From Catajapyx aquilonaris (Eukaryota), in contig JYFJ02000741.1 of the NCBI GenBank assembly GCA_000934665.2, positions 62,001 to 126,000 on the forward strand: DNA of 64,000 nucleotides, given 5' to 3'. Under the pieces are notes generated by a model. The model was not told where the DNA came from, ran no database searches, and worked only from the letters and a program-made list of their open reading frames with translations. Every line of letters starts with the position of its first letter. The first letter of the stretch is position 1. Position numbers and translations under genes: made by a program. Shown piece after piece: positions 14,301-29,092 of this stretch.

Positions 14301-17300
14301 ATTTGATGACCACTCTGGTCCTCTGAGGGTTACAGGACAGGAAGGAAATTGAGCGGGGGAAGAGGTGAAGGGAGAAAAGCCCTGGCGCTTTTTTAAAAAA
14401 AGAGTTTTTTGGGGTGTCATCAACGTGCCGCACTTGAGCAAGGAATGTCGTTATTGTCTATGGAGAAGGATAAAATAATATCTATTTCGGAGGGTGCTGG
14501 AGGAAAAGTGCTGCAGCCGGCTTTTGGAGAGAGTATTACAGAGGCGTAAGTGTCTAAGTTAAGATGACTCGCTAAAATACGAGGTAGCCATATAGACTTG
14601 AGTCTAAAGTGCGCTGCGAGTGCGAAAGAAGTTGTTAATGGCTTTTGTTCACTTTGTGAAATCAGAGTTTCTCCTCATCACAGCCGACACACAAAAACTG
14701 GTCACCGCAACAACAGGTTGACACCATTTCATTCAAAAACTGTAATTACTTTTTTCTGTGCAGACATGTCAAATGCAAAAGTACTTGGCATTTGCGCGCA
14801 ACATATCACATAACGCAGCTTGATAATTTTGATGTCATTACAATTTGCTGTTCAATGAATCTAATATGAGCACGAAGGCTTTGCACAGCGGCTGTGGGCT
14901 GCTTAACTTGTGTGTTCATTGCTTTTCATCGTACTGTTAAAAGCGTCATTAGCTGGAGTTACTATCATGAGCTCAAAATAATCTGGGATTTAACTTTCCC
15001 ACGCGCATTATTATTTATCCATAGTTTTGCAAAAACCTCTACTTATTGTGTGCGCTTCAAAACATGCAGTGAGCCCATCCTAAGTCTGGTTATATTTTAT
15101 TTATTTCCTTCTCGCAAACCCACCTAGCAGACTTTTATTGTGAGTGGGCGTGCATGGTTTCAGTCGTCCCCATTGGCCACTTGCCTTGATTTATAGACCC
15201 TCTTGCTGCCCCAGAAAATTTACGATTGCTGGTCCAAGGAGGGTCATTTCAGTAATATGCAACCCACTCATCGCACCTTCGAACCGAACCCTATGAGTAG
15301 AGAGGCCCATATGCAACTCAAGATGCTTTTCCTTGCTTCCCCCCCAAAAATGAGGGCTAAAAAATGATCCATGGCCAAATTACCTGCCTCTCTCCATAAA
15401 GCAACCGACGCTTGTTCCTTGTCATCAAAACATTATTACACCTAAGAGGAGTAGACGGATAAGATGGGGGAAGGATGGCTTATAAATGTCTTAATTCTGA
15501 AGGCCTTGCAAGATTGCATGCTTGGCAGAGGCAGCCGAGGCCGTTACGCCTCTAAATTACCGTCACTTAGGGCAGATTTGGGCGTGGGTCCACATGTAAT
15601 CCGTTCTCTTAGGCGGGCCGGAAAATTCATTGGTGTTGGGAACCTACGTAGGAGAAGTCTGTTTAATCCTTTTCATCACTGTGCAAGGGTCACCTTGTAA
15701 GGTGTCAACACTGCACAATTTTTTTGGCACTGGAGACAAACTTTTTTAGGTTTCAAAATTTTGAGTAATCCGTGGGGGTAACACATGAACAGTACATGAT
15801 CCGGCCAGTTGTTGAACATGTGTGCGATGTGTGTGGGGAAGGGTGCTGCAGGCGCTGGCATTATTATTCATGCATCCTGCTTCATCCAGGGGTTTTCCGA
15901 AATGCCTGGGACATAGTTGGAGAGAGAGCAGGGTTCATTCCAAAATGCGGAGGGAATCCATTAATGCAGCGGGTGCATCATAATCAATATCATCTCATAT
16001 TTTGCAGCGGCCCGAGTGAGGCAACTGTTGATGATGCAGATGACATGCGATCTGTTCTGGCGATAGTCGATGCTTGTTTTAGTAGCCCTGAATAATACAG
16101 GCCTTTCATGCCAAAGTTGGTAGGCTACGTACAGGATGTTTCATAACAATGCAGAAGCTTGGATCATTACGGAGCACCCAGTGCCCACGATTTTCTGAGC
16201 CTACCTTTCTAAATTAAACCCACCTTTGTTCTTAGTCCTTTGTGCTTGAAACTGGCGCAAGTCCCTAGTATGTGTGCGTGAGGCTGAATTCTAAAGTTCA
16301 GAGAATTTTAGCGAATTAAAATTGCAGACTCGCCATAGAGCCAAAGAGCCGCTACATTTGGCCCATTACAACGTCAAGTTACAGGAGCGTGGCAAAAGAA
16401 GTGCTCCAGCATTGCATTTCGGGGGCCGCCGACTGGCTTAACGTTCATTAGCGGTCAACGGTCCGGATGCACCGGATCTCTGGAGACATTCGCCTCAGCA
16501 CATTTATGCATAATTCTGACTATTCCCCACACGGGAAATAGAATCAGTTTTTTTTGCCGAAATGCGGGGAGTAACTGGCGGTTGTTGCGAATCCGCATTT
16601 TTGTTTGATTCCGGGAGAATAGAGAGATGGGAAAGTTTTTACTGCCATAATGTATTGATGGAATTGGACCCCATCTTGGATGCTGGAGCGGTGTATATAT
16701 GCCGCTATGGGATCTCGTAAAAGAAGTGTCTCTTTCCTCGGGGCTGCTTGGAAGGACTGCCAATGAATGGAAATGCACTCGGAGTTAGAATTACAGATTT
16801 CGCCACAACCTGAGAGGCAGAAATTTTTGCTTTGTTTTACTTTACCGTCTGGCGGCAAAGGGGGGGGGGAAACGCTTGGTTTGCTGTGTGGACTCTTTTT
16901 TTCCTATTTTTTTCGGAAAAAGTAACTAGTGTAAATGTATGCTAGCTAGTGCTTTCCGTTGGGGTTGGCCAAGTTGGCTAGGGCTCAGCTGTACGGGGCA
17001 GGTGTTGAATTGACAAGGGAGTTCTTTGGAGAGGAAAAACAAGGAATGGCTTTCTTGAAGGCTCTCTTCATCTTCCCGATCTCGTTTTCTCTGGGGCGAA
17101 AGGTTACGGGGATTATTTTCGACGGATTGTAATTTGCTTCTGAGACTTCAAAAGATGAGCTTGGGAAGAAGGAGGTATAATTATTTAATTTATGGAGTCT
17201 GAGGCGTACCACCGGAGACTAATCCGAATAATTATGGCACATTATTTTGAAGCAGAATGTAGCCAATATTTTGACCTAAGAATAACCCGCAGTGAAATAA

Positions 17301-20300
17301 ATTTAATTGATGGCAATCAGGCAGAAATGAAACCACTCTTTGCGAGACATGTCTAATGGCCAACCGCACTACTTTGTGGCCTTGCATATTGCAGAAACGT
17401 GGACTCGTCCTAGAAATATTTCGCAACGAATTGCCCATTTGCGTAATGTGCGTCACACCGCAACTGCAATATCACTGCTGCGTAAAAAGTAGAAAGATCT
17501 CATTCCCATTAGTCTTTCTGCTGGTCAGACACAAGAAAAACAAGGCTCCAAAAAGAGCTTCATTAACCGTCAGAATGTATATAAAACCACAGGAAAAAAA
17601 GACCATGGTTCCAGGATCCTGCGAAAAAGGTCGGGTGTTCATTAGTGCGCGACACGCAATCAACTAATTGGGAGCGAACGTAGGAGGACCATAATTTTCT
17701 GCGAGGTCCACTCTCTCTATATCCAGTTTGTGTACAGCACCAGACAGGTTATGAAGTGTTGTGGTGAACACGACCCCTCCCATACACTCCCCCCCTTTAA
17801 AAGATGGCGACCAACATTGGACGCAGAGCAATAATGAACCATAAGGCCATTCTCTGGGGGCCGTAAAGTGGCATAAACTTGGTGCTTATAAACATCAGAA
17901 CCGGCGCTTAGTACCCGTCCGAGACCACTGTAATTGCTGTGGAATTTGGGGGCCTCCAGTTTGTTGTCTCCAGGGCCCGGAAAAGGAAGTCTTTCCCAGG
18001 CTTCCAGCTATCTCTCCCCTTTGACGAATGCTAAGGGCTTTGGAACTGATCCGGGAGACGAATGCGGGTATCAGGGCCATCGGTGGATGTGTGGAGAACT
18101 AACAGCCCAGCACCTCATCACTCGAATAGAGGTGTCAATCCCCGTCTTTCTGAGAGGAGAAATTTTCGCTATCTCAATCCGACACTTTATTTTACAAAAA
18201 ATTAATGGTCGTGTCTCTAAACTCGGATTACAATCGAATTATACGAGGGAACCCGTGGGGATAATAACAGAGAGACAACTTTGAACTCTCTCTTGGGGGG
18301 GTTACAATTACGCCTGATTTTATTAGCTCGGAGGAAAACCATGTCAGTAGGCGACGATCCTCCAATCTCTCCCTGTAGATTTAGCGAATCTGTCTTGAAA
18401 TTTAAAATTGTGAGATGTTGTAATGAATACCAATGATTTTGCCCTTGTGTCCCATCACGTTCGTGTCTTTTCTCAGCCTTTTCCCTCAGGCTCTTTCTGA
18501 TGCTAATTGGGAGTATAAAAAATATGAAAGAGCTGGAAAGCAAAAGTCTAAAAAGTTGTGCTTTTTTGTGCCCCGTTTTCAGAAAAGCCAGCTCCTATCG
18601 GAGTGATTAGGTTCTCCGGTCACGACGGTCTAGACCTGGCATGAGTTCAAAAGCAGTCATAGCAGGATCGGTTGGAGACCCGGAATTGTTCTCTTGGATA
18701 GGTCCCAGCGTCGCCTGTTGAGCTCCGGAGGACGCCTTACCACTAAAAAGGGAAGTCCGGGAAGGAAATCCTTTTTTCAAACGAGAGTCTATCAGAGGCT
18801 AAACCTGTGCCGAACCTTGTTGCCTTTTCCGATGATGTGACATATAAACCCTGGGCAGAAACTATTTTTCAAACTATCGAAAAAGGGATCAGTTTCGAAT
18901 TTTTACGCCCGGAAGTGATTACCAGAGTATTTATTACAGTTCGATAGTGACCTCGATTCACAGCTATAAAAATTGGCTTTTTGGTGGGGGAGGATTGTAG
19001 TGCAGAAGTTATAGGTTCTCCTTTGTCTCGAAATTTGTCAGTAAGTAACTTAGGCGTCTAGGTACTGACAAGTGAGAACTTCACTAAAGTAGGGCCTACG
19101 GCATTGTGTTTGGGATGGCGCAGCAGCACTCAGGCGTTTGAATGAATGAATTAGTCGTGTTTGCGATAGACATTTTTGTTATAAAATGTCCATATTTTGC
19201 ACGTACAGGTGCCAGACATGCAGAATAAACAAGCAGTAAGGTCCTTTGCCGATTTATTATTTACGAGCTGCTTATTTTCTTCTTCATTGTAATGTTATCA
19301 TACTGTAAGAGTGTTGCGCATGATAACAATAAATTATTATGCTCCCTTTATGTCTTGAATTTTCTTAGAAAAGTCTCAAATATTTACTGATGTGAAAGGT
19401 AGATTTACTGTACACTGCGTTACAGGAACTTGCTGCGAGAACCTCTTTTCAGTTCGTAAAGTTTCAGTTGTTCCAAAATATGTTCAGCCTTTGAATAGTA
19501 TAGCTCGTAGTACTCGTAGTATTATTATAAGACTGAATACGTTATAAGATGTTATAACATGTGGCTTACTAATACATTGCATATTCACAGTAAATTCAAT
19601 TCATTCATTAATTAACAGCCTCCGAGGAAGTGGTTCAATTTTGTAAGAAATTTTGGGTACTCGTATAATTATACCCTGTGATCTGTTGGCAGAACCAGTT
19701 CTTCAATGCTTCATTTGACTAATTATAACAATGACTCCTGTGTTCGTTACTGCGGAGTTTACATGACGGTGATAAGTAGTGACGCTTGGCCTTCACCTCG
19801 GGAAGCATGATGGAATTTCAGAGAACCCTTCCGTGACAGTAAATTAAGAGAATAGATTGAGCCAACGTGCCACTTGAAAAGTCCTGGCGAACTATCAGAA
19901 AAGTAATGCAATTCAACGGGGGAAGAGAAAAACTTCAAAAAAGTTCCTATTCCTTTTTCCCATTCCGTAAGGATTATTGGATCTTCCTCCTTTTTATTAG
20001 TGAATCAAGTCTATATCTGGAAGCTCCGTAGGGATTCTCCGTGCTGCTGGCCAAGTGACAAAACAGTTCTGCGTAAACTTTGTGCCAGATCAGCGAGTCG
20101 TGCACATGTTATTGCACAGGACAAAACCCCATCAATTTCAAGTATCCAGGACTTCGCAACAACAAAAAAAGCTAGAAGGACTGAAGAACTCGTCTGACCA
20201 CTTTAAGGATATTTTGTTTCCCCATGTGTTTTCTCCCTTCCTCAACTTCTCCGCTGGGCAAACACAGAGAGCTGAGCAGGAGGATCTGTGGAGGCTGGGC

Positions 20301-23300
20301 TTTGGAAGATTCATGATCGGGGAAGCCTTTGCCGGTTCCAGCATGCATGATTCAAGTCGCCCTCCTGCATTCCCTCTGCCTCGCCAAGCCTCAATCCTCC
20401 AACCGTAATCGGGGATGACCTCTCGGGAACCCTAAATGTACTCGTTGTGACCTCGCTTTTCTTTCCGACACCTTCGAGTTTTCTCTCTTTTCCTCATGTA
20501 GGGCTGAGCTTTCAGGCTGTTCCAGGTGTTACCTATATCCGGCTGTAAGGTTTGAATTTGCCGCCAACTTATTGCTTAGTTATGCCCGGACTTTCAGGTA
20601 GAATGTAGTTTGAAAACTTTCGCCGGTACGTGTCAATGCCACAGGTCACGTGGCAGAGGTTCAAATATTGTCAGTAGCCATGCTAATGCGAAATTCAAGC
20701 AGTGAATTGGAACAAGTTAATTGAGCAATGACCTAGCCGCAGTTAATCAGGTGATGCGGAATAATTACATAATGACTCCAATTTTGCACAAATGATCAAT
20801 TATTTTATACCATTCGCTGCACCGATATGTGCTGAAGCGAATCTATTCTAAAATTCATTTTCACAGTGCGAAATAATGACATCCGACACCTGGTAATAAT
20901 TTGCCAATAGTTTTCATTTTTTTTCTCTCCCAATATTAATGGGATGCATAACTATTGGGCTCATCACACACTATCCCTGTGACTAATAGGCATTATCCCT
21001 TAACGATGCGGTTTATAACAGAACGATATTAAATATGTTCAAACGAGGGTAGTTACGTTATTAGAAATAACCCATTATCTTCATTAAGTATGGAGTTCGT
21101 AATTATAATGCGTAATTTAAATTATCATAATTTTACACTGAATGAAACGCTGAAAGGCGGAATAATTATTATCAGGCAGTCTACTTTTATACGCTGACCA
21201 TTATTTCTACTGTATACGACATTGTTTTCCTTTGTGTGCATGTTAATTTGTGAGGAACTCGTTAAGTTTCTGCCCATTTATATGTGGCATGCTGTACAAA
21301 CAAACCCTAAGGCACCAACCCACGTAATTTCAACGAACTGCTGGACTCTATTCCAGAGTTAGTATAAGGTTTGTCCCCTATCCCTCCTTTTTTAATCCTG
21401 AAAATGTGGGGGTCGGAAACCTCCCAATTGTTTGCTCTCGTGTCCCCGGGATGAAAGACTGGATTGTTTGAAGGCTCCTCCATCTTGGCCCAATGTTCGG
21501 GAACACTTGAAACAAGTGTTGCTTCCCGAGTGGTCCGGCTTCCCGTCGACAAGAGATAGAAGAAGAACAACACACAGTAAAAAAAATAGGAGGAAAGATG
21601 CTCGATCTTGTGTTGTCGCCAAAACGCTGCAGGCCAACCGTCTCTTCATTTTGGAGACACTGCGACCCCCCTCTCTGGGGATTGCATTTATTCAGAGTTG
21701 ATCCCTCATCTTTTATATAGGGGCTTGGATTCCAGTGTGACACGTAAACGATTGTCGGTGCAATCGCCTCCCCATCCGTAATTCAACACGAGCAGTTTAG
21801 CACGTCGGGAAATTATAGCCGGGTGAAAATACTTGATATTCTAATGCACTGCAATTGTTTCATGAATTTTGCAACATCAGCTGTGACACACTATAATACC
21901 GGACGGGGGTGGTATGGTGAAGTGAAAAGTGTCGAGCATCATTGAGTGTGACCATGTTGTAGAATTGATGGAACTGTACACTGCATCGAGCTTTAGTGGA
22001 TGGGTCGCGGTTTTGGGGAATATTCTTGTTCAAAATGAATGGAGGCCAAAAATGTCGAGAAATCAACAGGTTAGGCAACCCGCACTACACCTATTCTTGA
22101 ATTATTTGCACCTTATACTGGTCAGTTTCTCGGATTCCTCATCTCTACATTTTACACTTGTTTTGGGTTAATCTTGCTGGCTCTCCTGTACTTATGTCTC
22201 ACCCTGTACGTAACCATTGCGAATTGCCACAAATTTTTCTCGATCCTGCCCTGTGTGGGGGCTAACCCATAAATTCCAGGCGGCTTTGACAGAGCGGCGC
22301 ATGGTTAGGAAGCAAAGGCGCATTAGTTAGATTGTACCAAGCGAAGAAAAGGAGGGAGGTCGATTGTGCGAAAAGGTCGGGTTGGTGGGGATACGACCAT
22401 TAATATTCCTGCGGGCCTAAGACAAAATGGGGCGTGGTACCTAATGAATGGAGGATACTGTTCATGGGGCACAATGAAGCCCTTGGTGGTCGCCACCTCC
22501 TCTTGCCGCTAATTAACTCCCAGAAAGGGCTTTCACAGGCGCGTCAACCTATTCCGCTGGCTGAACTCAACCCAGGGGTTTGTATACACCCACCAACACC
22601 AGTCATGTGTTGGCATCATGTCGCGTCACACACGTCGGAATCCGAGGGGAGTTGACGTGACCTGCCAGACGTCTTGAGGAGGAAGCTGAACCCGACTGAA
22701 TAGCCGTGTTGCATTGGGCGTGCTTAACCTTATGGGTGCCAGGGTTTATCCGAAACAAGCGAGGCATGATATGGGGTTGATATGTATCTATAGAAGACTA
22801 GACAGATGAATAACCCACGTGATGCGGAACTGACCCGGTTCAATTCAGGGAGACGGTCTGATAAGAGCACCCGGTTTTGGAGATAGGGATTTTAGCGTGC
22901 TGGTATCAGGACAGTGAATACCTCCCGTGTAATTCATTGAGCTGGACCATGTTCCAGCATGGAAAAAAATGTGGATTGTTTTAAAGATGCAAATGTTGTT
23001 AAGAAAAATGTCATAAAATTTTCATCTAACAATACAACGGCATCGCTTCCCTAAACAAGTACACAGATTACAGATGCAATGACACGCAATTATTTCCTCA
23101 GAGAAAAGTAATGGTTGTAATAAATAAATACGTACAGGAGCAGTCTACTTTCTTTGAGTAATTAATGTTTTGTGCATTTTTATACGTGATCAAGACATGT
23201 GGAACGGAATGCAATTATGATCATATTAGTAGCACAATATTATGCATGGTTTTCTACTGGCGAGCTATATGTCATAACACGATGCTCTACTAATTATTTC

Positions 23301-24025
23301 GATATGCGCAACGCATTATCGAGACTCATATGCAAAATTTGATTTTATCGGCACCAGCACGTCACTGGCACAATGTGCAAGTGGCTCTGTACATGACTAG
23401 ACCAATTGGTAATATTTGAATTATTTCACGTAAATATATGACAGAGTCTGTCTCCATGCAAAAGGAATATCTGAAACCAGTAGTCTTAACTAATTTAACA
23501 TTAACCTCAAATTCGCATCATCTGTAATAATATATTACCCTCGTCACCACCGGTCGCCACATAAATCCCAGCAGTCACTGCATTATTGCAATCATTGCAA
23601 AAACTAATCTTGATTCCAGCACAAACCCTGGACATTTTTAGTCTGAACCAAATTGGTAACATTGGATAATCCAAGCATTGTGGCCGTGTAGAGGTCAAAC
23701 GGAATATTATATTCCATATCTATACTGCTTTTGACATACAGGACCCACACGGCCAAATAAATTTTCACATCTCCGCCTTTAAAAAAGCAGTAATTTTCAC
23801 CACATTTACCTCCTAGAACATTGCTCTGTTACTGCCTCAGTACCTGCAGGTTGAACTCGAGTGAACTGCGCCACGCACATACGCCCAGTGAAAATATGCG
23901 TCGCCCTGGAAATGAGTGCGGTTTAATCACGACCCATTCTGATAAAAACTGAAAAGAGGGTTGGTTGAGCATAGAGGGTTGAGTATAGAGGGGGAAAATA
24001 CTTTGGAGGCCGTTTGGAATGAAAA

Positions 24026-24041
24026 TGTGTGTGTGTGTGTG
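24026..24041. repeat. (TG)8 microsatellite
   Basis: Perfect TG dinucleotide run read directly. Confidence 0.85.
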
Positions 24042-27000
24042 GTATGCAGCTCTTCTCCACTCTAGTTTTTTAAGGGTAGGTCCATCCACCCAATCCTGGT
24101 GGCCAAAAACCCGGGCTCTGTGAGTGCGTTGTGAAAAATTCAAGGCTCACACAGAAGCAGAGAAGAAAAAGCCCCAGGAAAGGGATGAGCCCGTGCAAAC
24201 CAAGGAGTCTGATGCCCGCATTTGGCCCAGGAGCACAGGATGGCTAATTTTTCATTCGCCCACCGCATCATCCAACTTGGGGTTTTCCAAAGCCCAGATT
24301 TATTATTCCTTTGAACATTTACGGAGTCTGCGTCGGGAAGCTCGTTAACGTGGGATTTTGGGGAATCTGAAAGGAGTGTAGAGGAAGAAAAAAAAGAATA
24401 TGTGGGTTAGGTTTTGGGAGAGTAGGACTTGCGGGCCAGCGCTTTCTGAAAACGCAATTAAGTGAGGTCTATCGAAAAGGCAAGTGGCCTATGGCTACTG
24501 GAAAAGGAAGTGGAACAGATGCTGGGGACAGCGACCAACTTGGAGTCTTGTTTATTTACACGGGACTGGACCATGGTCGATGATGAAGTAGTTAAAGGGA
24601 GATGTGCAGGACGGAACCTCCAGAGAGAAATCGTCTGATGTCATCAATTTCTGCACATACGTGACAACAATTGGATGTTTCAGTGTACGTCGGTAAATTA
24701 ACCAGTTACCGTCACTTTGCAACTACAGCTGGTTAAAACGGCGTAACACGAAGTTCTCACTATTTTGCAATTTCCAGCAATGCCTGAGCATATTACTCAC
24801 CCGTTTGAGTGCACTTCCCCGCCTCTGAGCCCGCATTTTGGCGCCTACTAAAATTCACTAATACGGGTTTGTAATGGTTCCCGGGTAAGGCTGCGGGAAT
24901 TGCGTTAACACGTACAGCAGTAGCATTAGCATGTGCCTTAGGTAAAAGGTCTGTCAATTAAGAGAGTTAGCGGCAATGAGGGGGCCTTGGCATGTTCAAC
25001 TGTCGCGCCGTTGTCGGGAATGTCGCGAGAGGGTTTGGTGGAGTCCGGGATTCCGCGAAAAACATTTTGCGGCCAGAGTTAAGTTCGCGTTTTCTACGCT
25101 TTCCAAGCAGGTATATTAATTGACTGAAAATGTATGCGTTTGGAGTCAAGTTCAAAGCAAACTGGGGTGTTGCGACAGGTCGGCCTGTCAATTGCATGTT
25201 TTGTGAGCTGTGTAAATGAGCAAATTGACTCTGCCGTCAATGTTTGTGCAAAGCCGCGGTTGCAAATTGCACTTTCTTTGGACCCAGAGAGATTTTTGCG
25301 AGCGCTTGAAATGTAGTTTTTGCTCCAGTTGAGCCTTGGCGCTGATTTCCCGCAAGGAGAGCAGTTATATAGTGGCCAACATCATTTCTGTCAGCCAGTA
25401 GGAAAAGGGAAGGGTCTGACACATTGGACACCAAAATCCGAGCCGTTAACCAAAATGGCTAAATCGTGTCATGGACACTCTTCTCGACTTTTGAGACTCA
25501 GGAATTCGCTTCGTTTTCCCCAGGAATGTCCTTCCAGAGTTGACGTAGCCATCACTCCTCATGATTTGCCAAGTAGTATACGTCTCCCCGTTGATTCCGA
25601 GCCCCCCTGCCCTTCATTATTCATTCGGCTCATTTCGCCTTGGCTCTCTCTCTCCCTCCCTCACACATTACACTGCCAGGAATATTCACCAGCTAGAAAC
25701 TACATCTCCAGTTCACTGCGAGCAAGGCCCTCTTCGATGTTATATTATGTATCAAACGCAGCCAGTTATTTTAATCATTGTTTCCGTACAAGAGGGAACA
25801 TTTCATTCTGTCCTTTGGGAATGGAGGAACATATACAGAGAGAAGAACATGAAAACTCTTTGACTTTCGTGCTCCGACTGGAAGTTTTGCCTTGTTTACA
25901 TGGCCTCATAGCGTATTCACTTTATTTACTATGCGAAGTCTTCAAAATCACGAGGCAAAATCTTCGACCGTAAAATGTCATTTGCTAAGTTCAATATTTA
26001 TCAACTGATTCGGGGTGTTAATTTGGGCTCGCAGCTCATTTTATTAAATAATGAAATCAGTTTATGAAACTGGTCAGTGACATAAATAATCTGACAAGTA
26101 TTTTGGACCACTCGGCCGTATATGCCTGTTACTGAATAGTGTTTGTTCAGCGGTAATGGACATAAAATATTCATTTAACGAACTGGCTTCTGGTGTGAGC
26201 GAAAGGAGTGATATTTAATATTTGCCGTCCCTTGAAGGGATGAGCCGCTCTAAGTACAGCATAAACACGCCACCAAATAGCTGAAAAGCAGGGATTTGAA
26301 CCTGCGTTTGTATATTCAGGGTTTTTACCCTCGGTTGGTGTTGCTGCAACCCGATTACCACCAGCCAGGCCCCGTATTTAGAAAAGAAACCAATTTATGC
26401 CCCCAGCTCGCTTGGGAACTTTTTAAAAAGACAATCATCCTAGCCCTCCTGCATATGCAAAGCCTGGTACTTTATCACTGTTGGCACTATCAACCTGCAG
26501 ACCGATCCGGTTGTCTTTTCGCGTCTGCCAGCCCCTATGAAACGGATAGAAAATAGCAAACTCGATTCCGTAATTAAATTTTTAGGACCCGGATATTAAT
26601 CACCGTTACACTCTAGCGCTTCAAAAAAATTATGGGGAAAAAAATTCCTGGTCCGCAGATGTAATATCAGGCAGTTTTTGTCCAGCTGGTCTAAAGGCGA
26701 CGGATTTGAACTGATCTCCAGCAACTTGATTGTCCTTCCTTGTTTTGATATGGCCTCAGAAATCCTTACCTTTAATTGGACAAAATGTCCACTACAGCCC
26801 GGCCCAGATTTAGCCTAACGACGAATTAATGAATGGAATTAGCCTGAGAAACAAAAGGAAAATTCCTGGCTCGCATTAACGACAGATGGCAGTCCACCGC
26901 TCTCTAATATTAACATGAAACCGGTTCTTGCTGTCGGGCCAGGGAAAAAGATATTCTGCAGGAACATGGCTGTGATAAGCCCGGTTTTTTGCAGCACAGA

Positions 27001-28908
27001 CCCATTCATTAAAACGATGGCCCCGGAAAACAAGACGCAAAAAAATGGGTTCCGTTCATCAGCACTCTTGTATGAATATTTTTACGGGCAGCGCTATTAT
27101 ACTTTTCGTTTATTCCATGACACATGCGGATGTTTTTCATGGTTGATTAATTCTCGCTCCAGCACTGAGTTATTGCGCGAGAGAAGTACACTTAATAGAG
27201 ACAAAAGAGGTCTTGCTCTTATTTCGCATGGCTTTTACGCAAATGAAGCGCAGTTTTGTGTTTTTGCACACGATATAATTTAACGGGGCATTGCCACACG
27301 TTTGGAGTTGCAAACGGTAAGGCCTTTGTCCCTGAATGTACTCGGTAATCACATCGTGTGCGAAACTGCGCAAAGTAAATTCGAGTTCTGCACAAAAGGA
27401 GAAGCCACGTGAAATCCCCCTAGGAACACAGCTCACTCGGTGTGTATAATTAGTGCCCGGGAGTATGAGTGTGCATTTTGTAGCACAGAAGCTCACCGAG
27501 AGTGCACATATGCCTACCTGGGGTTGGACACTAGTTGTCTCAGCAAAAGAGACATGTATTCCACACGTGACGTAGCTGAAGCGTGACGGTCAGAGGCTAA
27601 TAGGCAAGTGTACCGACCTTTAATTATCGATTAGTTATAATGAAGGCCCGGCTAAGTGGAAGCGATAATGAGCCAGCCAATGTGCTTTGTATCCTCTTCG
27701 GGCGGTGGAAAGCAAATGCACTTGCTTAATCCGACTTTCCACATCGCCTCTCGCGTTTCCGGCCTCCTCCGACGTAATCCATCCTACTTTGCGTGCAGAG
27801 ACTATTCCGCTCTGTCTCTTAGGCTGACCAGAGAGAGACCCGAGGATTAACTAATTATTGCCAACGGTTTCTTCCTACCTGGCCCAGGTTATTCGTAATC
27901 AGGACCCGTAATTTTCCAGAATTTAATTAAGGAAGGCCTCCGTACGCACAGGGGGAGTTAGAAGAAAGTGAATAACATGTTGAATAATTTATCGTTCGCC
28001 GTAGTTCATCCAGGTGATAATTGCGGGCTTAACGATGCAAAGGGGCGCACAAAGACTCGAAGTTGCAATTACAACGTGGGGAAAAAATATCATCCTGGCG
28101 ATTGTTTCGGTCGTCCGCGGCTAATTAGGTCCCAGAGCTGCTTAAGTCCGGGATTCCCGAGGAGAGTTAAGTCAACGATGCTTGTGTTATAAACATTCTA
28201 ATAAGCCCGACCTGAAAATCGCTTACACCCAAGCTTTGTTAAGTGCCAACCGATGTTAATGGCTAAATGGTGCGCATCGTCTCGTTAAGTTAATTCTAAT
28301 AAAACCAGAGCGCAATAAATTACTTCTTGTTATTGGAAGCGGGTATCCTGAACTGTTAGGCATCTGAGTGGGCCAATAGAGGCTGTTGGGTTGCGTGCTT
28401 CCCAGGATGACTTCGCCTCCCGCCCATTTCGACACCCTTTTGTACGGTGACCTTGACCTCCCGGTTGTGACCTTACTCGTTTCAATCCGCCCCCGCCCCT
28501 ATCTTGCATCCGTGGCAGACTCCCGAGGCCAGCCAGCCAGCCTCTTTCGCAGGTATTGATCCTGCCGCCCTTTGCCCGGGAGGCTGCTGGTCCATGCGTC
28601 CGGGGCAGGAAGAAGAAGAGTGAGGCTGGCACTCAACGCAGTTTGGGACACCGGAGGGGGAGGGGAAAAAAAGGGGCAAAAGACACCCGGAAAAAGTACG
28701 GCCCAAAAATGTGGGGAAGCCAACCGGTTCCTCTTAGACACACACGGCCACCCACATATCGTGCCGGGTATTTTTTCTTGGGCGAAAGTGTGGAAGTAAA
28801 TTGCATCTGGATTTGCATAATGGCTCCCATATGCTTGAATTTGCATCCGGCCCTTTAAAATGTTTGGCTTCCTTCACCATGTTTTTTTATATTTTTTCTT
28901 GTCGAAAA

Positions 28909-29092
28909 ATTAGACTTTTTCTCATCGAAAGTAGGTTATTATAAACAGGTTCTGTCCGTCCGTCTGTCTGTGGACAGGTGTCCGGGTCTAAACCGCAAGA
29001 GATAGGGACAAACGGTTTTCGGATTCGCATTAAAAGAAACCAAAATATGTTTCATGGCCAACATCATGACCGGCCACTTCCGGTTATCATGG
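28909..29092 (+). mobile_element. Possible Helentron-associated (HINE/DINE-1-like) non-autonomous element fragment
   Basis: GTCY-type microsatellite TCTGTCCGTCCGTCTGTCTGT at 28951-28971, downstream of a T-rich stretch. Short stem-loop ATGACCGG/CCGGTTAT at 29066-29087. This layout resembles DINE-1/HINE elements. Boundaries are approximate and the family is inferred from architecture only. Confidence 0.45.

Noticed and set aside
19171..19241. TACAG|GTGCCA (19209) as a ratchet point continuing the ~12-kb ladder
   Set aside because: The acceptor is plausible but the regenerated donor GTGCCA is weak, so including it would be fitting to the spacing.
1453..22087. 15-mer AGGCAACCCGCACTA present twice (1453 and 22073)
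   Set aside because: A few 15-mer pair matches are expected by chance at this sequence length, and the flanks do not align.
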